Positions 14,401-28,541 of a DNA stretch of 64,000 nucleotides are shown here, one piece after another. The notes below the pieces were generated by a model. It saw nothing but the letters and a program-made list of their open reading frames with translations, did not search any database and was not told where the DNA came from. The stretch comes from Balanoglossus misakiensis. Taxonomy: Eukaryota; Animalia; Hemichordata. The stretch spans positions 3,524,783-3,588,782 of the forward strand of contig CM082580.2 in assembly GCA_040954595.2 (NCBI GenBank), written 5' to 3'. A program made the position numbers and the translations under genes. The number at the start of each line of letters is the position of its first letter. Positions within the stretch are counted from its first letter, which is position 1.

Positions 14401-17400
14401 ATCAATGGCAATGTCCGCTGTGCCGTCGGCCATGACAGCTTCAAAGACAACTTGATATTCAGACTCAGTGTTGAAGTCCAATGTCGCTGAATGCCAGAAC
14501 TCCCCGGAGTGGCCACTGTCCGTCCATGCAGAATAATCATGTACATCTTTTTCCTTGATAATAGCAGTGAGTGTGCCAACACTTGTACCTGATGGTCAAA
14601 GCAATGGTATATGTAGAACCTTCAGTACATCTTGGGGAAAGGGTTAAACTGCTTTGGTAAGACAGCAGGCACTGACAGGAAAAGAGTTTAAAAAAATATC
14701 AAACAAATGTTGGCTGTGACGCAGGATAAATGCAACTTGTATTCAAGTATCAAACAAGGTGGGGTGAACAACAATGTACCCACACAACAACCCTAACATT
14801 AGCACTTTGACTACTTACCATTCATATGATACCAGAAATGCAGACACTGGGACACTGTTCGTGGATAAAAAGGACTCAACAATCTTGTGACATCTCCAGC
14901 AGTACGACCAGCTCCACTGGCGTACATATAGTGACCTACATGTATATTGGAAACAAAGATACTGTGTGTCAAGGAAGGCTCAACAGAATGATTTACAAAC
15001 TCCACAAAATATGGACGACATTCAATATTAACAACCTGCAAGTTAGGTCACTTTATCTGCAGACTACAAACACTTTTCATTGAGCTATACTTCAGTTGTA
15101 ATATTTCATGAAATGGGTGAGCAAATACAGTATTCTCCCATCAGTCTTTCAAATAAGAAAATTATAAGACTAAGAATTCTTTCAAATTGCTGCAAGATAC
15201 AAATTATGTTACACAAAAACACACCATCCTACGCATTCAAAGAAATGCCAACAAACTATTAGTTTACCATAGGCAGTGCCATAGGTTTTGTCATATTCCG
15301 GACCAGTTCCTGATACATGCTGGGAAGACTCTCCACTTCCACGTATCCAGTCAAAATCCTGGGTGTCTTCAGAATCCTGGTAGTAGCCACATATGTCAGT
15401 ATGTTCAAAATCACAGTAGTCTGCCACAACAAAGAAAATAAGTGTAAATTATTAATTCAAGGGTTTCATTGGAAAATTCACAATGAGTTCAGAATCCACT
15501 GCTAATAATCTGAAAGTTAAGATACTTTGAGTAACACTGAAGTACAGAAAATAAAAAAATCACAAACTTAAGATTATATAAGAACGCATACAGAACTCAA
15601 AGGCACAACGGTCTATATCTGCATCTGATCGATTCACCATCTAAGGGAAAATGCAGCCAAAGACCAGACAAAGGTATTTTGCTTTTTGAAAGAAAAAAAT
15701 ATTTTAATAGTCACATTGCAACAGGTAAATGCTGAAGTGTCAAATTTTATTGGCCACTTGTTAATCCAAATAGCCCCCAGGCATCATTTATGGTCATAGG
15801 TGTACATCTGAACAATTTGATCAGCATAATAGTGAGTTCTCCCTTTAGGCTTTATCAAAATCAACTGCACAGAAAAGATGATGGCGACATTATCACAGCA
15901 GTGGCTTAATTCAGATGCATTAATGCACAGAGGATCAACCCACAATCATTACACAAACCTACAGATCAGCACAGTCTCTGAATTATACATTTAACCAGGT
16001 ATGACTTAGACTAAGTTACAATATAAAAAATTACAACTTCATATTATCATCAATTTCACTTACCAAGAGGTGGACATTCTCCGTCTAACACTCTGATGTC
16101 ATCAATAGCCACATCACCCTGGAACTGCTCACCAGAAATGGCTTGGAACACCAGATTGATATCATCATTCTCATCGATATGAACTTGACCATAAAGCCAT
16201 TCATCGCCTTGTGTTCCTTCCTTTATCCACACGGGATCACCTGCATGAGATAATGTTCAAGATATACAATGGTGTCATTTCTATCAAAACAGTAATATTG
16301 ATTACAGATCATTGTTGGTAATTCTTCAAGATTGAAATAGCACGCCTATCTAATGCAAGATGTGAGGCAGAGTAGTATTCATTTACGTAAAGTGTATTGA
16401 TCACCATTGTTTCATTATTAAAATTTGCTTTATGACTAATTATAAATCAAACTGTAGAATGTTAATTTGCATTGCCACCTAACAACTACGGACAATTTTA
16501 TGCAGTTGACACAAGATTTAATTGGGTGAATATAGTTGTCATCAGACCCAAAATGTTGCAACATGAATCACAGTGGGCTGCAAACATGAAAGTTATAAAT
16601 GGCGAAGTTCTGATCCGCATTTTCCCCAATAAACAGTACTTGCTGAACAGTCTCTGTGCTTGTTATTTTTCTGTGTTACCCCCACCTATCTTATCAGTTG
16701 CTAATCCAGAATACAAGCTATCGCATTTCCCATTAAGCACCTGCTAATGACTTTATCTGTGTGCCCCATCCACGGATTAAGCGGATAAAGTAAACATTGG
16801 TCAGCCAGTACCATAACAAGTGACAACTGACCGATGTTTACTTTATCCACTTAATCTGTGGATGGGGCACACAGATTAAGTCGTTAGCAGGTGATTAATG
16901 GGAAATGGATAGCTTTTATTCTGGATTAGCAAATGATAAGACAGGTTGGGAAAACACAGAACGGAACGTACTTCGCCATTTATAACTTTCATGTTTGCAG
17001 CCCCCCCTGTGCATGAATTGACTATAAGTCACTTACTGAGTGAATTTAGTACACCACTTCTGAAGCGAACGGATAGTGTGTGAACATGCTGACCAAACAT
17101 GTGATACCAGAATGTGATGCATCGTCCACCGGTTAGAGAAGGTACAGTTGAACTTTGAAGATTTGATGTCAAGTTGTTGCGCACAGCCAGCGAATCTACA
17201 TAGGCGTACCAACCTGTCATTGAAAAATAAGAAACACTTGAAAGTATGTATTTTATCCATTATGTGCATGTTCCAATCAAGGGGCGTATACATGTAAACT
17301 ATGTACCAGTATTCTCAAAACATCCTAAGGCAATAAATCTATTTTCATTAAAGATAAAATACTCCCCCCCCCCCTCCAAATTATGAATAACTGACATTCT

Positions 17401-17628
17401 TACCATCTTTAGTTCCAATGGTATGATCCGCTGGTGGTCCAGTGTTGGAACGACCTTGATTGCCCTGTTGTCTGCTCCAATCCAGATCATCCCCTCCAAG
17501 CAGACCATTTTCTTCATTGATCCATGAACACCAGTCATTCTCAAAGTCACAGTCCCACTCACTGGGTGGCTGCGTGGGTTGCGTGATGATAGTTTGTGCG
17601 GTTGTTACTGGTTGTACTGTGGGCACAT
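458..17628 (-). CDS. Gene A cassette copy 2 (31 exons; 9 MAM + 3 LDLa; 5,013 nt)
   Basis: Exons 17404-17628, 17037-17213, 16064-16240, 15268-15420, 14819-14935, 14364-14588, 13972-14115, 13540-13679, 12971-13102, 12537-12738, 11959-12099, 11436-11561, 11153-11283, 10921-11005, 10540-10659, 10024-10319, 8171-8341, 7546-7783, 6965-7099, 6225-6490, 5880-5997, 5366-5509, 4998-5257, 4704-4797, 3829-3966, 3287-3490, 2780-2932, 2219-2362, 1601-1732, 933-1069, 458-545. Each exon has the same length as in copy 1, except the first (+30 nt). Confidence 0.92.
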
Positions 17629-20600
17629 CTGTTTAAAATTGTCGAAAAAAATGCAATTTAAGTAATGTAGTATAACAAGCAGCACTTGCATCAAAAATTG
17701 TTGGGAAAAACTGGATTCAGGTGTTGCTTTCTGTCCATTACTCCCTGATTAATTAGACTAGACTACAGGGAAACCTGTCTATTAAGGACACCTCTGGGAC
17801 AAGAAATCTGTCCTTAATACAGAGGTGTCCTTAATAGACAGGTAATATTCTATTCAATTTGTAACTTTTGTCTTGAAAGACCTGTCCTTAATAGAGAGGT
17901 GTCCTGATTAGAGAGGTGTCAGTAATGACAGGTTTCACTGTTAGTTATAAACATTTGTAAGACAAGAAAATTATGCATCAGTACATCACTTGTAGCGGGT
18001 CTTCTTGCAATCAACAATCAAGCCAATTTCCTGCCATGCATCGATTCCAGTTATAGCTTTAAATTACTTGTACATGTATTTGATCATGCTTGTGTTGAAA
18101 GTCTTACCTGAGCAAAGTTCTGTCAGTAAAGAGATGTCATCCAATGCAATATAACCAAGACTACCTGGCAGACTCGCATGAGCTTCAAATACAAACTGAT
18201 TGAGAAAATAAACAGTAAAAGTAAGATTTCTGGATCTGATTATTGTCTCACAGTTTAACAACATGTTGATTGTTTGGTGTTCAATCTTTCCGGATGGAAA
18301 ATAAACAGTTTGTTAGCCGTCCAGAGATAAAACATTCAATCACTACTACACCTGAAATTTATTGAACTCTTACCAAGAAATGCAACACATAGTTCACCAA
18401 TCTTGACTGTAATCATAACAGATTGTTATGTGAAAATCTACACATACAAGAAAGTAATCCCTTTCCCATTCAGCAAGGTGGACAATAGCTGAATAGATAC
18501 CATACCTGATATTCTACAGAACTCTCAAAATTAAACGCTCCTCGGATCCAATCTGAACCTAGAGAGCCTGACACAGTAAACTTTTCCAGTCTTGTCTCTG
18601 GATTTTCACTGTCAACCAAGAACACTTTCATGGAGCCAACTTCTGATAAGTAAACAAAAACAAACAAACATGCAGAATAATTTAGTGAGTGATTTTCCAT
18701 TGTCTGCAATGATACAAGAAGTATCCACAATGTCACGCATCACACTTAGCGTGTGTGGGATTTCAAAGTACAGTTTTACCAAAGTTAAATATATATATAT
18801 ATCTATCTAGCTGAACTGGCAGGAACTTCAGCCAGTTTTTACTCGAACTGTCAATACATTTTTACATGCACACTACCGTACATCACAAGCGTATTCTAAC
18901 AGAGATCTAATATGAGTGAACAATTTACTTATCTGGAACATTGAACACATCATTTGAGCACTGAGCATGAAAGCGCATAGATAATAGTCTTACCTTTAAA
19001 GGTATACGGTCACCTCCAATTTAGATATGCCCACATTTGGCTGAAGTGGCGTACATGTATTCTAAAGAACATACTTATGGTGGCGCTCTTTTTTTTCGTG
19101 TGTGGGCATCCACTGAAAATTTGTGATTGGCTAGATTTCAATTCGCCATGGTAACTATAGCTAATTTTCCATAGGTGACCGTATACCTTTAAAGTAAATC
19201 CTGAAGTTTTTAAAAACACACACTTAGATGTATTAAATTTTTCGACACATTTATTATCATTTGAGACACAATTCAAAAACACATGTCCTTTCACGTGTTT
19301 CAACAATTGTGTGTATACTGCATCACAACACATACCGTTATCATAGCCATACATTTGATAGTAGAATTCCAGACATGATCCCTGTGTTGCCTCGAAATGT
19401 TCACTAACAAGGTCACCTCTTGTGCCAAACGGAGCTGACCGGGCTGAATCTACAAACACATACCAACCTGAAAATGACATGGTCATTCGATTAGTCTCAT
19501 TATTAGGAATGGTTTAGGAGACACTTGCAAGTTGAGGACAAGCTGTCTTTAAATTCATTATTAAAGTTTAACAATTGGATATTTCTGAGAAATGAAGAAA
19601 AGTATTATGGTACAAATTGGCCATACATGTCTGGAACTGCATCCCAGAATTGTCATATATAAGACAGGACACATCTTCAATACAACACATAAATGTTAAA
19701 TGTAAACATTTGATGATTGGGAAATTATAGACATGGAAGATTTCATATACTTGTTGATTTGACTCAATTTGACCAGGGACACTTAAGGAAACATTGTATC
19801 CTCTCATACAAATATTAAAGTGTCACTGTATACTTCAGTTTGCATGAGTGCACAAGGCCAAGTTTCTTACCATCAGCTGTGCCTGTAGTATGATCTGCAG
19901 AGGGTCCAATGTATGCACTTGGCATACTTCCTGTATTCCACATCCAATCAAAATCATCCGTAGTATCTGGTACATTCTGCCAACCACACATGTTGGTTTC
20001 AAAATCACAATTACCTGAAAAAACACAATAAAATGGATGACTTGTCTGTTCATGAAGCTGGGTCTTTCCTATCTGTCACAGATTTGATTCAGTTTGAGCA
20101 CTTTGTGACAATGAAGCTAAATAACAATCAACATGCGATATGTGGTACAAAACTATGTGGCATTTGAAATTAAAAATCTAGCTCTCTTTTCAAATTATCT
20201 TATCAATTACACTTATTATGCTTTTGTTTCAAACCTATCATTTCACTTTTTACTAATTTTGACTTAAAAGTTTGTAATTTGATTTTTTCTGCCTGTTCAT
20301 GTTCTGTATAGTACCGCTTGTACGTAAAAAAATATTTCTTAATCTCTTCATAAGTGCTTTGAATATTATAACCAGAGATACAGGGCTGGAAACAAGCATT
20401 TTTTGAAACACTACCTATTGGAGGACATGCTCCTGGTATAAGAGTGACATCATCAATTGCTATATCTCCTTTAGAATCTGATCCTATGCTGGCTGCAATG
20501 GATATACGATAATCCTCATCATGGTTGACAGTGGCCTGTCCGTAATGCCATCGATCGCCTCGATCACCTACAAAAATGATTGACAGTAATAAAGGTGAAA

Positions 20601-23600
20601 ACAATAAGTTTATCTGTTTGTTAGGAATGGCCACCAGACGGGTGCTAAGATTGCTTGCCACACTCAGACAACACTGTTACTTTACATGCGTCACTCACAT
20701 TGAGGTATGTAAGACTATTGCTATAGCTCAGAAGTACATGTAGAGGTCTAGTCGTTCTGCAAGATATATGTACGCCCATATGTATTGTGGGAATATTTAC
20801 ATTCTCCTATGGAATAACATGTACCAGTGGACAATCTCATTCTTCAAGTTCATGTATACTATTAAAAGTAGGAGTGGGGGTAGTTGCTGGCTGTCAAAAA
20901 TATACAGACTGAATTTCATGCACAACTTACCTTCTTTGCTCCATACATCAGTGAGCTGCCCGGTTGAGACTGGCATGACATTGATGCTGAGGGTGCCAAT
21001 GTCAACACCGTACATGTGATACCAGAACTGGAAGCATTCTTCGCTCCCTTCTGGTAATATCATACTGTTCAGTCTTGCTGTTTCTCCTTCTGGTCTAGGC
21101 AAAGCTTCAGACGCTTCAATGTATGCAAATGTACCTAAAATAAAAAAAGGCGACTCGATTTCAGCATTGGAATATACCTAACAATGAAATCTCTATGTTA
21201 AATTGCCACTACCACAAGCAATAACAAGAGTATCTTAAAGGGCCAGCGCCATGCCCATACCCACAACACGTAAAATCACTCTTCAGGTGGTGAAGTCCAG
21301 GTTTGTTGCCGTCTAGAATCTCACATCACCCAATATGATAAACTAGAAAATTTGCAGTCGAATCGAAGGATTAATAAATGATGCAATTTTTAATCGGTAA
21401 GCATCTGGATTAGCAAAGCAGCTAGTTTGCAAAGTTTCGTTAAATCCCGTTTTTTCAACCATGAAAATTGTCATTATACAAACCTTCAGAAGTGCCTGTT
21501 GTATGATCTACCTCTGGTCCTGTGCCACTAGAGGGCGTACCATCATTTCCACGGAACCAATCAAAGTCATCATCTGTTGCCTGCTCCCAGTAGCAGAAGT
21601 CAGCTTCAAAGTCACACCCAACTTCACATGCAGTAAAGTAGTAGACATGATATCAATATGCAAGGTAATAGCTCATTTGACATTTGAAAAATAAAATTGT
21701 GACCATTCATGTCAAGTATACACTCAATATGAAAATGGCACTGCAGTATGTCCACATATCTAAACAATATTATCCCCAATTAATAAACAACTGTGATGAA
21801 TTTAGAAGAACCTCATGCCAAAAATCATTGTAACAAAAAAGTGTTGAAATTTCCCTTTCAATTCCATAAATCTAGGCTATTTGGCACAGTTGAAAGACAT
21901 AGTTTAAACACTGATATTTTGAATTATAACATCACAAACTCTCCTCAGATAAGACAGTGTTTTTGCAAAGGTTGGGGAACATTGGTAATGGATTTGGGAA
22001 ACATTCCTATAACCCTTTACACGTAACATAACTACATTGATACACTCAGGGAAACCACGGTAAAATGACTGGGGAACTCCGGTAGAATTTACCTAGGTAC
22101 CGCCCTTAACAAAAACACTGTAAGAAATACTCTTTAAAATTTATTTGAAGCCCACATGAAACATCACCAACACATTTTAAAGAAGAATATTGTCTAGTCT
22201 TATCAACACAATTTTCAATACAGTTTTTGCACATAATGTAAAAACATCATTCATAATAGATGATGCCAAACGCCCATCCCATTAAAAGATGATCAAGAAC
22301 AAGCAATGATTGGGTTTCCAATGCGAGGCTTTTAGAAAATGTAAAGTTGTGTGGGGTTGAGACTTTAAGAAATGTATTTTATGAAAGGGTATTTAGGTGT
22401 GCGGTATGTAATCCCTTGAAAAAAACACAGAAGAAGTCAATAACATCAGAATGATGATGATGTCCACCTGGCAAGCTGTGAATATGTTGTCTTAATACCA
22501 CAAGATTAATATTATTAAATGTACTGACCTGTATTTACAGTACAAGGTCCAGGGTTAACACTGATATCGTCCACTGCTACAGTTCCTCCACTGTTTTCAC
22601 CCATCACAGCCTCAAAGTGGATCTTAATATTCAAGAAACAAATTCCATTATTCTATAATGTCATTTTTCGCATGTGAATGTTGATTTTTGTGATCTGGTC
22701 ACCCAAGAAATTTGAGAAATAAATTCTGCATTTCATATTGATTTGTTATGGAGATATTTGACTTTCTTGATTGATCCAATAGGAATTATCTAAAAAAAAA
22801 TCCTAAAACACAACTCATACCTGCCACTGGTCTTCAAAAGTAAAAGTGTGGTGTGCTTCAAGCCACATGTTTCTCTGAGTGTAAAAGCGAGTCCATTGTA
22901 TATCCTCTGTGTAGCCATGTTGTTGTGTGTACATGTTGAGTCTATACAAGTTTGGTCCTAACATGTGATACCAGAATGTAACACAATATTCTTGTGTTCC
23001 TGTTTCTGTTTGTGGATAAGTTGTGATTCTGGCATTTTGATCTTTGCTTGCTTCAGCTGTGTTGATGAATATGTATGATCCTGTAACCAAAATACAAGGA
23101 TAAGTTCATATCATGTTTATAGTTATTGAGCCAAGTTTGACTCAGATTCATTGTATTTTTCCAAGGGAAGGTCAAGTATGTTGTTTACCGTCAATGTTGG
23201 TGTGATCGTATCCAGGACCGGTTTCTGGTGATGCACCACTGCTGGAATCACCCAGTCTCCAATCAAAATCATCATGTCCTGCACCTGCCTGCATCCATCC
23301 ACACCAATCATCTTCAAAATCACATGTCAACTCTGAAACAAACCATTCGAATAATTTAAACCATGCAATTATCACACTCCATTAACATACTAGTGTTATT
23401 TTTGAGGATGATTGTAGTTGAAGATCTTACCATCTGCATTGGATGGGACATCACCTGGATGACAGTTGACAAATACAATTTCATCAACGGCAGCATCATT
23501 TGTTCCCCCGGTAACCGTTCCAAGCAGTGGATACACGTCAATGATCACCTGGGGGAAAAAAATCAAAGTATTTACATGATTGTGTATTAATTGACCTGTC

Positions 23601-26600
23601 TATAAAGACCCCCTACCTAAAAAGGCCAATTTAGGAAAGTCCCTTGACTGGCCACTATAGACAGATTTGACTGTATAAATTGTAAGACAACAATCACTCA
23701 CCCAGAAGCCTGCCGGTTGTTGCCCAAGCATAACACGAGCCTGTTTCCACTGATTTCCCTGATCTCCAGTGACTAAGTAAACAAGATACATGTCTGGAGG
23801 TGTGGTACCATTGGCCACAAATACAGCAATGGAAGCATCTGCATCCCCATGCAAGTAATACCAGAAGTCTATTTCACATGCTTGACCCATCTCTCCAAAT
23901 GGAACCGATAGCAGGACAGCTTCAACGTAGAACTTAGCATCCTTGCTTTCTGCCATCATATAGTGACCTGTGATAAAGCAAGAAATAACACTTTCAGAAA
24001 CTTCTGCAAAACTTTAGCAAAGTTGACACAGATAATGCAAATGTACCATACAACTGCAGTGCATACGGTGTTTAAAGGTATACAGTCACTTGTAATTTAC
24101 ATATGGCTAAAATGGCAGGTATATAAGAGTGATCTGCAGAACATGTGGTGGTCCCCTTTTTGTGTGGCCATCACGAGAAAATCTGGCATTGGCTGGATCC
24201 AACCTTGCTACGGTAACTGATGCTAAATTTGCATACAAGTAAAATATAGACGACCATATACATGTATACATGTACTTTTGAAGTGGCATTTACACTGCAT
24301 CAAAGCATTTATGATGTGTGTTGCACTGTGTTCTGTTCAGTGAGGCTGTGAATGTGGCTGAGAGTTTATTTAAATGACACAACTTGGTTAGCACCCACCT
24401 TCTTCATTTCCTGTGGCGTCAGTGACTGGTGCATAGACAGACTCTGAACTGTTGGCTTGGAACAGTTCCCAGCTGTACGCACCACTACTTTGGTCAAACC
24501 ACCCACACTGACCACTCTCAAAGTCACAGGTACCTTAAATGCAAAAAAAAAAAGAGAAAAAATTATTAGGGCGACATCAAAAGATCAATGTAGAGCCTTG
24601 TAGTAACTTCAGTTTATAATATGCATGGTCTGGATCCAGGTCTCTGATTGGCTGAAGCTGGAAGACTTGGACCCTCAATAGTGGATACTGTTAAATGGCA
24701 TAGTTTTGCGAGCAATAAATTTGTGCAAAACAGGCAAGCCAAAAAAATTTGTGAAAATAAAAAGTCGCACAAAATTTTCCCAGAGATAACAATGTAGTTA
24801 GTGAACGCGAAAATTTATCTTGAATCTTTTGATATCATGAAATATTTACTGTCACGAAAATAACCCGTTTTACAGTGACTAAAAAAATGAAATAGAACAT
24901 ATAGAAGAGAAAGCATCTAAATAGAATACATTTTATAAATTTTACAGGCTGGGGCATCAATTCCTACCACTGTAGAAATTCTAGCATGAGAGCTACTGGC
25001 TTGTTCAGATAGACAAACATTAAACACTCATGGACATATACGTCAAGTGTATGTCCACTACATGTATTCCTTGGTAGCATTGGCGGCTCTTGTACAAAGA
25101 AAATAATAGTACAATCACAAAACAACTCACCACAGACCATTTCATCTGAGTTATCACCGCAGTCATCTTGGAAATCACAAACCAATGATTGTTCAATGCA
25201 CTGCAAATTATCACAAGTGAAGAGTTCTCCACAAGGATTGGGTGTTGGAGGCGGTGGTGTAGCCACAGGCAGAGCAGTCGATGTCACTTCACAATCGGGA
25301 GTGAATGTGATGTCATCTATAGCGATGTAGCCATCCACACCAGAACCAATGACAGCTTCAAATAATATCTGTTGAGAAGTGTCATGGTGAGGCAATTTGT
25401 AGAAAATAATCTAAACATATGATCTCAACAAAACTAGAAGTGTGGTGTATGTATTGGTAAATTTGACTAGTTTCCAAACCATTGGACTTGGGATTCTCTT
25501 GGGGTCGGGTCAATGCAGTTACAACATAATCAGGGAACAGTTGTGTACTGTAAATGGAAGTTCCCAAACCATTTAACTGTCTGTTCCCCAACCATAATTA
25601 TATTATATCATGCTACCATCCGCAATTCTGATTGGACGAGAGCTGAATCCAGCGATGGTAAAATACTGTTTTACCACTGCTGGCAGTGGTAAAACGGGCC
25701 CCTGAACTAGCATGCAGCAGGGAAAATGTGCGGTTATACCACAGTCGCGCGGGATTAAACCAAATGAATAACATAAAAACACTTGAATTTACGGATGTTT
25801 TATTTTGGAACTGCTCTGCTCTGAATATTTTGCACTTTTGTCACTTTTTGGCGTCTGCTTTATCACAGTTTAATGCTCGATCCCGGACCGCACGTGTTTA
25901 CATTCACCGTCGCCATGTTGGTTCACGATCGTAATTTCTATTTCTGACGCCGTTTCGGTAAGAAAATGACACTGATTTGCCACAAAAACAACTGTTGATA
26001 TAATATAATAGCAATAACCCCCACCTCAGTCGGGTATACACTCGATTTGGGTACAATTGGCTCCATATAGCACTCGCCTAACGGCTCGTGCTATATGTCT
26101 CGAATTGTACCAAAATCTCGTGTATACCCGCCTGCGGCGGGGGTTATTGCTTAAGCAAACACACTGAATTTTGAACATATGGTACTGGGGCCATACCATT
26201 AATGAAAATAGGTTCTCTGCCTTGTGAATCTACAATACACCCGTTTCATAATTCGAGCGCCCCTGTGCAGTTATCATGAATTTGAACTCAAAGCGAGGCC
26301 AATGAGGAAAATCCCTTGGTCAAATTTCCCTATGAGCCTCGCTCTGAGTTAAAAATTCATGATGGTTATGTGAGGGCGCTCGACTTATGAAAAGGGCGTA
26401 TACTTTGCATTGGAATTCAGTTTGCAATCCTTGAAAAGAGGTCACAATCAGAAACTCTTCCAACTGCATCCAATTACATGTATGACCCAATAATGATTAT
26501 AAGAGGAGCATTTCAGACAAACTTACCTGCCAGTTGTCTGCACTGTTAAGCTGTAATTCAGCTCTGTGCCAATAATCTCCCCTTCCACTACTCACACTGA

Positions 26601-28495
26601 AGACAATATCATCAGGATTGATATAACCTTCATATGGACGCTGATATAAATTCAATGTACCAACACCGTAACCCAGCATGTGGTAGTAGAATCTCAACTG
26701 TCAATTATGAAATAAAAAAATATTAACATTTATCAGCCGTGAAATTTGGATATTTGATCTTAAAAGCCATCTGATACTTCATTATGCAAAAGCTTCAACA
26801 TTTTAAGAACAAATTATTACAAAAATCTTATCCAATGGCGCCATGTGTAATACATTGACAGAAACTAAAACGTGCCAGACTACAATCCCATGTCCTTGGG
26901 GTGTAAGATTCTGTTATAAATCACTAACTTCCGGTATTGTACAGAGAAATCTTAATAACATGGTCATTTTGTTTTGGTAACCACCAGCAAATGACTAGAT
27001 ATGCAACACACAGATATAAGACTCAAATAAATTCCATAATAAATAAATAACTTACATAACAATTGTCATTCTGTGTTGGCAGATAATTTTCACTCCTGAA
27101 CAAGGCTGTATCACCCCCTCTGCGTGGAGGACGTGAATCTACATAAACGTAATGGCCAGCTGCTGTACTGGTGGTGTGATCGCGTCCAGGTCCAGTATGA
27201 GATCCCACCATGCCTTGCTGTCCACTCTCATGCCACCAATCAATTGTGGCATACTGCGAATCTGGTTGTCCTCCGTTGTAATAAATTCGTTTCAGATCGC
27301 ACCAATATTCATTGTAATTACCATCTTCAAAATTACAACCAGTATAGTCATCTGAGGTGAAAGGGATAAAAGTAGAACAATATGTCATATTGCAAAGCAA
27401 TTGATATAAGATTTTACATTTCTTACATTAAAATCATACATTGTACAAGAAAGTATGAAGTTGCTGGAGGCTGAGATAATACGTCTTGAAATAATTGTTC
27501 TGGCTCTTACTAAATTTTGAAGTGGTGGTTTTTTTGTAGAGGTCATGTTTCTGCCATTTTCACGTTATGGTACAAAATTGATCATTCTCAAGAGTTGACA
27601 CTGTAGGTGTCCTTGGGGTTGTTTGATTGTAGAATGAAAGTACCTACCACAGTCACTTTCATCGGATCTGTCTCCGCAGTCATCTGTCTCATCACACAAT
27701 CGATTCTGATCCACACAACTTCCTCTCACACAGTGGTACTGGTCAGGTAGACATTCTTCCTGGATTTCTAGAAAATAAACAGTGAAAAACCGAACAATTA
27801 TTAGAATTACACCACATTTTCCAATTTCATTACTTTCCAGCAGTGTATAAACCCTGAAGATAAACCATCGTCCCTGATTTGGAGTTTTTCATATCTTCTG
27901 CTTATTCATGATGCTCTGAGACTTATGGATTTTGGCAAACTCTGGAGAGAGGTACACCCAACAGAAGAACATGTAAAATGTATGACAACACATTTCATTT
28001 ATAAAGCATGTCAATCACAAACCTACAAATTCACCTACCCGGCATTTCACAATACATCATTTCCAAATCATCAATTGCTATATCGCCATACACGCCAAAA
28101 CTTCTGGCAGCAGAGAACATTATCTGTCAACAACAAATTTAAATGTACTTTACATATTATATAGCTCTATTAACTGTGATATTGAACAATGCCAATATAC
28201 ATGATCAACAAAAATTGGAATTACATATCTTTTAGTAAATGAATATGTCCTTTATGAATGTGTTTCTTACCATGAATGGTGAGTTGATTCTACCAAGAAA
28301 TACAAGACCCTGTCTCCATTCATCACCTTGGTTACCAGTCAGATGCCAGAAACGACTTTCAAGATTTACTCTGACAACTAAAACATCCAGGAATCCAATG
28401 TCTAATTCAAAAACAAGAAAAGCTCTGTGTGATTATACTTTGTGGGAAAAACTATGTACAAATAACACATATCAATCTAATTTTAGACAATTAGA

Positions 28496-28541
<46 letters not shown>

